NCBI GenBank assembly: GCA_965204795.1
Contig: OZ242012.1
Location: 595,639-659,638 of the forward strand
Length of the DNA: 64,000 bases
Reading direction: 5' to 3'
Source of the DNA: Thermodesulfobacteriota bacterium
GTDB taxonomy: Bacteria; Desulfobacterota_D; UBA1144; Nemesobacterales; Nemesobacteraceae
In this document: piece by piece, positions 59,028 through 64,000 of the stretch
How positions within the stretch are numbered: the first letter of the stretch is position 1
Layout: the number at the start of each line of letters is the position of its first letter
Program-made: the position numbers and the translations under genes
Notes under the pieces: model-generated
The model's database searches: none
Told to the model about the DNA's origin: nothing
What the model saw: the letters and a program-made list of their open reading frames with translations, nothing else

Positions 59028-59044
59028 GGGGGTAACCCCCCCCC
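59028..59044 (+). repeat. G5-TAA-C9 homopolymer tract in the leader of the adhesin gene (candidate slipped-strand phase-variation site)
   Basis: gggggtaaccccccccc ending 25 nt upstream of the ATG at 59070. Confidence 0.6.
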
Positions 59045-59069
59045 TTGTATGTTCCGCGGGAGTCGCCGG

Positions 59070-62000
59070 ATGAAATCCCGGCTCTCCCGCGTCGTTGCGA
59101 GCGTTCTGGTTGCGGCTCTCGCGCTTTTCTCGGTCGTCCTCGGTCCGGGCAGCCACGTCGCGGCCGCCGCCCAGCCGACCGTATCCATGTCGTCCCCCGC
59201 GGTCAGCGTGGGGGAGAGCGCGGGGACTGCGTCTGTCTCCGTTTCCCTTTCGGCGGCAAGCGGGCAGGCCGTGACGGTTCCCTACACGGTGTCTTCGGTC
59301 TCGGGCGACACTGCGACGGCTACCGACGACTACACCTCCGTGTCCGGCGGGAGTCTCACGATATCGGCGGGGGACACGGGCGGGACGATAACCGTGACGA
59401 TAGCCTCCGACCTGACCGACGAGCACGATGAAACGTTCACGGTGACGCTGGGCTCTTCTCCGACCAACGCGGCTCTGCACGCCACGGCGACCAAGACCGT
59501 CGTCACAATTACCGACGACGATGCCGCGCCTCGCATAACTTCAAACAGACCGGCCGTCAGGGAGGGGGCGTCGGGCACCACGACCACCATGACGTTCAAG
59601 GTGGGGCTCTCTCGTGCCAGCGGCAAGACGGTGACGATGAACTACTCCGATATTTCTGGGGGTGGTGGGTACGATTACACGCCGGTAACGGCCGGCACGC
59701 TTACTTTCAGACCGGGAGAAACCTCGAAGGACATAAATGTTTCCGTAATTGGCGACGGAACCGCCGAGACCGATGAGGATGTACTTCTCCTCTTGGATTC
59801 CCTGCAAAACGTCTTCTCACCCACCTTCAGAAGAGTCCTTGCTGGGAAGATATACGACGACGATAATGTGGGGAGAGTGCATTCAATCGAAATAGACCCT
59901 GATTCAGGAACACTAGGGGTAGAGACTACTCCAACCAGCGCTGAATTCACCCGTGCCGAAGACATTGATGTCGTTGTGAAATTCCGGGACGCTATCTCTA
60001 CTTCCTTCGATCAGATTATGACTGTCACCGGCAGGCCACAGTTGGCGCTGACCATCGGCAACGTCACCCGCTACGCAACGTATTCGGGTGTAGTGGATGG
60101 GGCAGCTTATAACGGAATTAGGTTTCGCTACACTGTGCAGGCCGCGGACAAGGACACCGACGGCATCTCCATTCCGGCCAACGCCATTAGGCTAAACGGC
60201 GGCACCATCCGTCTTCGCGACAGTACGTATGGCTCCGTCCAGCTGAACTCCCGCGCCGTTTCCTCCCGGCATACAGTGTCGGGCAGCACCCACAGTCAGG
60301 CCAGAATCTCCAGACTAGTGATTCTTTCTAATTCGTCGGGGCAGTATCGCCTCATCACTAGGCCGTCAGCTGCATTAGATGCAGAACCGTACTCTGAACA
60401 TATCATCCGTGTGATAGTCCATTTCAGCAAGAGAGTGCGATTGACCGTCGGCGCGAGTATAGCGCTGAACTTCGGCACTCACGGACAGAGGGGGCAGCGC
60501 AGGATGCGGGCGGGCGCCTCAAGTACATTTGTTAGATATATCATATTCTCATACAGGGTGACTGCGAGGGACCATTCCCCCGACGGCTTCGCCATCGGCG
60601 GCTCTCTGTACCTCGACCCGGGCGCCACCCTGCGCGACGCAAGCGGCGCGGACGCGTTGCTGCATTCTAGCGTATGGGCCCGAAAAAGTTCAAAAGTGAA
60701 CGCTGGTATCGGATTATTATGGAGGACTCTAGACTCCAACTGGCAGGATAATCAGGTCTACGTAAAAGACTCCCGAATTAGGCCTCTCGTTCTTCCCGGA
60801 GCGGGCGGCCACACCGGCACGCTGACCTACGAGCTGACGGGGCCGGGGGTACCGGGGGTACCGTGGGTAACCACCACGCTGACGCTGCCCGACGGTCTGA
60901 CCTACGACGCGAGCACCAACACCCTGTCCGGTACGCCCACCGAGACGGCGGCCCGGCAGCTCTACAAGTTGGAAGCTACAGATACCAGAGATGACGGTAC
61001 TACACCCGACATACCATACTACTTCACGATAGAGGTGAAAGACGACTCCACTCCGACCTTCGGCTCCGGCAGCATTCCGGCTCAGGAGTACACTCAGAAT
61101 TCTTCCCTCGGCACGTCCGCCGTTCCGGCGGTCATCTTCCCGGCGGCCACCGGCGGCGACGGCAGGCTGACCTACAAGCTGACGGGGCCGGGGACTACGG
61201 CCACCACGCTGACGCTGCCGTCCGGGATCACCTACACTCCTCCATTATCCACGAACACGACCAGCGGCGGCGCGCTCACCGGCGCGCCGACCACGTCCGC
61301 GTCGCAGGCGACCTACAAGCTGACCGCCACCGATGTCAACGGGTCCACGGCGACGCTTACGTTTACCATGGTCGTGGCGGAGGATTTTATGCCGTCGTTC
61401 GGCACCGCGACCATTGACGACCGGTCCTGGACACACCGCGTTGAAATCAGCCCGTTCACGCTGCCGGCAGCCACCGGCGGCAACGGGACCCTGACCTACT
61501 CCCTGTCGCCGAACCTGCCCGCCGGCGTAGTACGTAGCGCCGGCACCAGCAGGGTGAGCGGCACCCCGACCGGGGTCATGGCCGCCACGACCTACAAGTG
61601 GACGGCCACCGATGCGGACGGCGACAAGGCAGAGCTGACCTTTTCCGCCGGCGTGCTGCCCGTGGTGTCGCTGGCGTCCGGGACGGCGAGCGTGGGAGAA
61701 AGCGACGGGACCAAGGACGTGACGGTGTCTCTTTCCGCCGCGAGCGCCAGGGACGTGACGGTACCCTACACGGTGTCGTCCGAATCCACGGACACCGCGG
61801 GGACCGACGACTACACATCGGTTTCCGACGGGAGTCTCACGATATCGGCGGGAGACACGAGCGGGACGATAACGGTGACGGTGGCCTCCGACACCGCGGA
61901 CGAGACGGACGAGACCTTCACGGTGACCCTGGGATCTTCTCCGACAAACGCCGCACTCGGAACCACGACCAAGACGGTGGTGACGATAACCGACGACGAC

Positions 62001-64000
62001 GACCCTCCGACGGTGTCCATGTCGGCGGCCACGGCGAGCGTGGGGGAGAGCGCGGGCACCAAGGACGTGACGGTATCTCTGAGCGCCGCCAGCGGCAAGA
62101 CCGTGACGGTTCCCTACACGGTGTCGTCCGAATCCACGGACACCGCGGGGACCGACGACTACACTTCGGTTTCCAGCGGGAGTCTCCAGATAGCCGCGGG
62201 CAACGCGAGCGGGACGATAACGGTGACGGTGGCCTCCGACACCGTGGACGAGCCGGACGAGACGTTCACGGTGACCCTGGGATCTTCTCCGACAAACGCG
62301 GTTCTGCACGCCACGGCGACCAAGACGGTGGTAACGATAACGGACGACGACGCGGCTCCGACGGTGACGCTCTCCCTGGCCTCGAGCTCCATTTCGGAGA
62401 ACGGGGGCTCCACCACGGTCACGGCCGCTCTGAGCCACGCCTCCAGTCAGGACACCACGATAACGCTCCAGGCGGTTTCCGGTTTCTACACGCTGGGCTC
62501 GGACAAGACCATAGCGATTTCCGCGGGGCAGACGACCAACTCCTCCGACACGGCGACGATAAACGCCGTGGACGACAGCATAGACAACGTGACGGCGCGC
62601 ACGACGACGGTAACGGCCAGGGCGGCCAACTCCCAGGGAGCGGGGGCGGTGACGGGAGCCTCTCTCACGCTCACCGACGACGAGGCGACTCCGACGGTGA
62701 CGCTTTCGCTTTCCGATTCCTCGATTTCTGAGAACGGAGGCAGCGCGACGGTAACGGCCTCTCTTAGCGGAGAGTCGAGCGAGAAGGTTACGCTTACGGT
62801 GTCCGCGGCCGCGGTCTCTCCCGCCGTGGCGGGAGATTTTTCCCTGAGTTCGAACAAGACTCTCACCATAGCCGCGGGCGGCACTTCGAGTTCCGGGGCG
62901 GTGACGATAACGGCCAACGACAACACCACCGACGCCGCGGACAAGTCGGTCAGGGTATCGGCTTCGGTGAGCGGGGCGAGCGGGGCGGCGAATCCCTCGA
63001 ACGTCACTCTTACGATAACGGACGACGACGCGGCTCCGACCCTGTCGATTTCCTCGCCCAGCGTGACGGAGGGAGACAGCGGTTCGACCACCCTTACGTT
63101 CAAGGCGACGCTTTCGGCCGCCAGCGGCAAGACGGTAAAGGTGAACTACGCCGACGCCGGGACGGGGACGGCGACTTCGGGAACCGACTACACCGCCTTC
63201 ACTTCCGGAACTCTCACGTTCTCCGCGGGGGACACGTCGAAGGACATAGACGTCACTGTGACGGGGGACTCTCTCGACGAACCCGACGAGACTGTGGTCG
63301 TGACCTTGAGCTCGGCGACCAACGCGTCAATATCGGCCGCCACCGGAACGGGGACGATAACCGACGACGACTCCCCGCCCACGGTATCGATGTCGGCGGC
63401 CGCGGCGAGCGTGGGGGAGAGCGCGGGGACCAAGAACCTTACGGTGTCTCTTTCCGCCGCCAGCGGCAAGGCCGTGACGGTTCCCTACACGGTGTCTTCG
63501 GAGTCGGGCGACACGGCGACGGCGGGGACGGACTACACTTCGGTTTCCACAGGGAGTCTCCAGATAGCTGCGGGGAACACCAGCGGGACGATAACGGTGA
63601 CGGTGACATCAGACACCGTGGACGAAGACGACGAGACGTTCACGGTGACCCTGGGAACCCCGACGAACGCCGCCCTGGGAACCACGACCAAGACGGCGGT
63701 GACGATAACGGACGACGACGCGGCTCCGACGCTTTCCATCTCCTCTCCGAGCGTGACGGAGGGAGACAGCGGTTCGACCACCCTTACGTTCAAGGCGACT
63801 TTGAGCGCCGCCAGCGGCAAGACGGTGAAGGTGAACTACGCCGACGCCTCGACGGGGACGGCGACCTCCGGGACGGACTACGAGGCGATAACGGCCGGGA
63901 CTCTCACGTTCTCCGCGGGGGACACGTCGAAGGACGTAGCCGTGACGGTAAAGGGCGACGCTCTCGACGAACCCGACGAGACGGTCGCGGTGAAGCTGAG
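59070..64000 (+). CDS. Giant secreted repeat protein with Calx-beta and cadherin-like/putative-Ig (He_PIG-type) domains; adhesin-like. Runs past the right window edge, with over 1640 aa in the window.
   Basis: Signal peptide MKSRLSRVVASVLVAALALFSVVLGPGSHVAAAA. Many Calx-beta repeats (DDYTSVSGGSLTISAGDT..GTITVTIASD...DETFTVTLG). Three LTLP(D/S)G(L/I)TY...SGTPT Ig-like repeats around 60760-61650. By-eye translation found no stop to the window end; frame continuity not verified computationally. The ORF track lists none because no stop occurs. Confidence 0.8.
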   Translation, partial: MKSRLSRVVASVLVAALALFSVVLGPGSHVAAAAQPTVSMSSPAVSVGESAGTASVSVSLSAASGQAVTVPYTVSSVSGDTATATDDYTSVSGGSLTISAGDTGGTITVTIASDLTDEHDETFTVTLGSSPTNAALHATATKTVVTITDDDAAPRITSNRPAVREGASGTTTTMTFKVGLSRASGKTVTMNYSDISGGGGYDYTPVTAGTLTFRPGETSKDINVSVIGDGTAETDEDVLLLLDSLQNVFSPTFRRVLAGKIYDDDNVGRVHSIEIDPDSGTLGVETTPTSAEFTRAEDIDVVVKFRDAISTSFDQIMTVTGRPQLALTIGNVTRYATYSGVVDGAAYNGIRFRYTVQAADKDTDGISIPANAIRLNGGTIRLRDSTYGSVQLNSRAVSSRHTVSGSTHSQARISRLVILSNSSGQYRLITRPSAALDAEPYSEHIIRVIVHFSKRVRLTVGASIALNFGTHGQRGQRRMRAGASSTFVRYIIFSYRVTARDHSPDGFAIGGSLYLDPGATLRDASGADALLHSSVWARKSSKVNAGIGLLWRTLDSNWQDNQVYVKDSRIRPLVLPGAGGHTGTLTYELTGPGVPGVPWVTTTLTLPDGLTYDASTNTLSGTPTETAARQLYKLEATDTRDDGTTPDIPYYFTIEVKDDSTPTFGSGSIPAQEYTQNSSLGTSAVPAVIFPAATGGDGRLTYKLTGPGTTATTLTLPSGITYTPPLSTNTTSGGALTGAPTTSASQATYKLTATDVNGSTATLTFTMVVAEDFMPSFGTATIDDRSWTHRVEISPFTLPAATGGNGTLTYSLSPNLPAGVVRSAGTSRVSGTPTGVMAATTYKWTATDADGDKAELTFSAGVLPVVSLASGTASVGESDGTKDVTVSLSAASARDVTVPYTVSSESTDTAGTDDYTSVSDGSLTISAGDTSGTITVTVASDTADETDETFTVTLGSSPTNAALGTTTKTVVTITDDDDPPTVSMSAATASVGESAGTKDVTVSLSAASGKTVTVPYTVSSESTDTAGTDDYTSVSSGSLQIAAGNASGTITVTVASDTVDEPDETFTVTLGSSPTNAVLHATATKTVVTITDDDAAPTVTLSLASSSISENGGSTTVTAALSHASSQDTTITLQAVSGFYTLGSDKTIAISAGQTTNSSDTATINAVDDSIDNVTARTTTVTARAANSQGAGAVTGASLTLTDDEATPTVTLSLSDSSISENGGSATVTASLSGESSEKVTLTVSAAAVSPAVAGDFSLSSNKTLTIAAGGTSSSGAVTITANDNTTDAADKSVRVSASVSGASGAANPSNVTLTITDDDAAPTLSISSPSVTEGDSGSTTLTFKATLSAASGKTVKVNYADAGTGTATSGTDYTAFTSGTLTFSAGDTSKDIDVTVTGDSLDEPDETVVVTLSSATNASISAATGTGTITDDDSPPTVSMSAAAASVGESAGTKNLTVSLSAASGKAVTVPYTVSSESGDTATAGTDYTSVSTGSLQIAAGNTSGTITVTVTSDTVDEDDETFTVTLGTPTNAALGTTTKTAVTITDDDAAPTLSISSPSVTEGDSGSTTLTFKATLSAASGKTVKVNYADASTGTATSGTDYEAITAGTLTFSAGDTSKDVAVTVKGDALDEPDETVAVKL
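61650..64000 (+). repeat. Intragenic units of about 300-340 bp, up to about 90% identical to one another (Calx-beta modules) inside the adhesin gene
   Basis: For example, 63036-63330 versus 63708-64000 are nearly identical; 61650-61990, 61990-62330 and 63370-63700 are related. Confidence 0.75.

Noticed and set aside
61650-64000. Possible CRISPR-like periodic repeats at the right end
   Set aside because: The repeats are about 300 bp coding units (Calx-beta modules) in one continuous reading frame, not short direct repeats separated by unique spacers.

Overview
High-GC (about 60-65%) bacterial chromosomal segment, probably Gram-negative because it carries a TonB-dependent outer-membrane receptor. 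Most of it is conserved housekeeping genes: metG, holB, acs, tmk, prfA, dapF, rny, zapB-zapA, hisA/hisF, mqnA/mqnD (futalosine menaquinone pathway), glyQ/glyS, trmFO, purK/purE, tatA, RNase G, methylmalonyl-CoA epimerase, and a candidate FO-synthase cofH/cofG radical-SAM pair. Several small accessory insertions interrupt this backbone. (1) A Hachiman-like pair, a small PD-(D/E)xK-like protein translationally coupled to a large SF2 DExH helicase that runs off the left edge. (2) A hipBA toxin-antitoxin pair. (3) A low-GC islet with a HicB-like ORF plus an OLD/PARIS-like split ABC-ATPase and a small Toprim protein. (4) A low-GC Type II R-M pair (PD-(D/E)xK endonuclease plus beta-class amino-MTase). 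(5) A 2.3-kb two-gene cassette (AAA_15/21-type ATPase plus small Cys-rich nuclease-like protein) inserted exactly at the convergent mce/tatA junction and flanked by 45-58 bp imperfect direct repeats that recreate both gene 3' ends. This cassette is the best candidate for an undescribed mobile defence module. Other notable content: a rhodanese-SufE-SufU cluster followed by an uncharacterised 444-aa nitroreductase-like protein, an FAD oxidoreductase and a membrane polyferredoxin; a GGCT-FGase fusion protein; and, at the right edge, a giant secreted Calx-beta/Ig-like repeat adhesin (over 1640 aa, truncated) preceded by a G5-TAA-C9 homopolymer tract that may mediate phase variation. No rRNA, tRNA or CRISPR arrays were seen. 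All family assignments are from motif reading by eye, and start coordinates may be off by a few codons.
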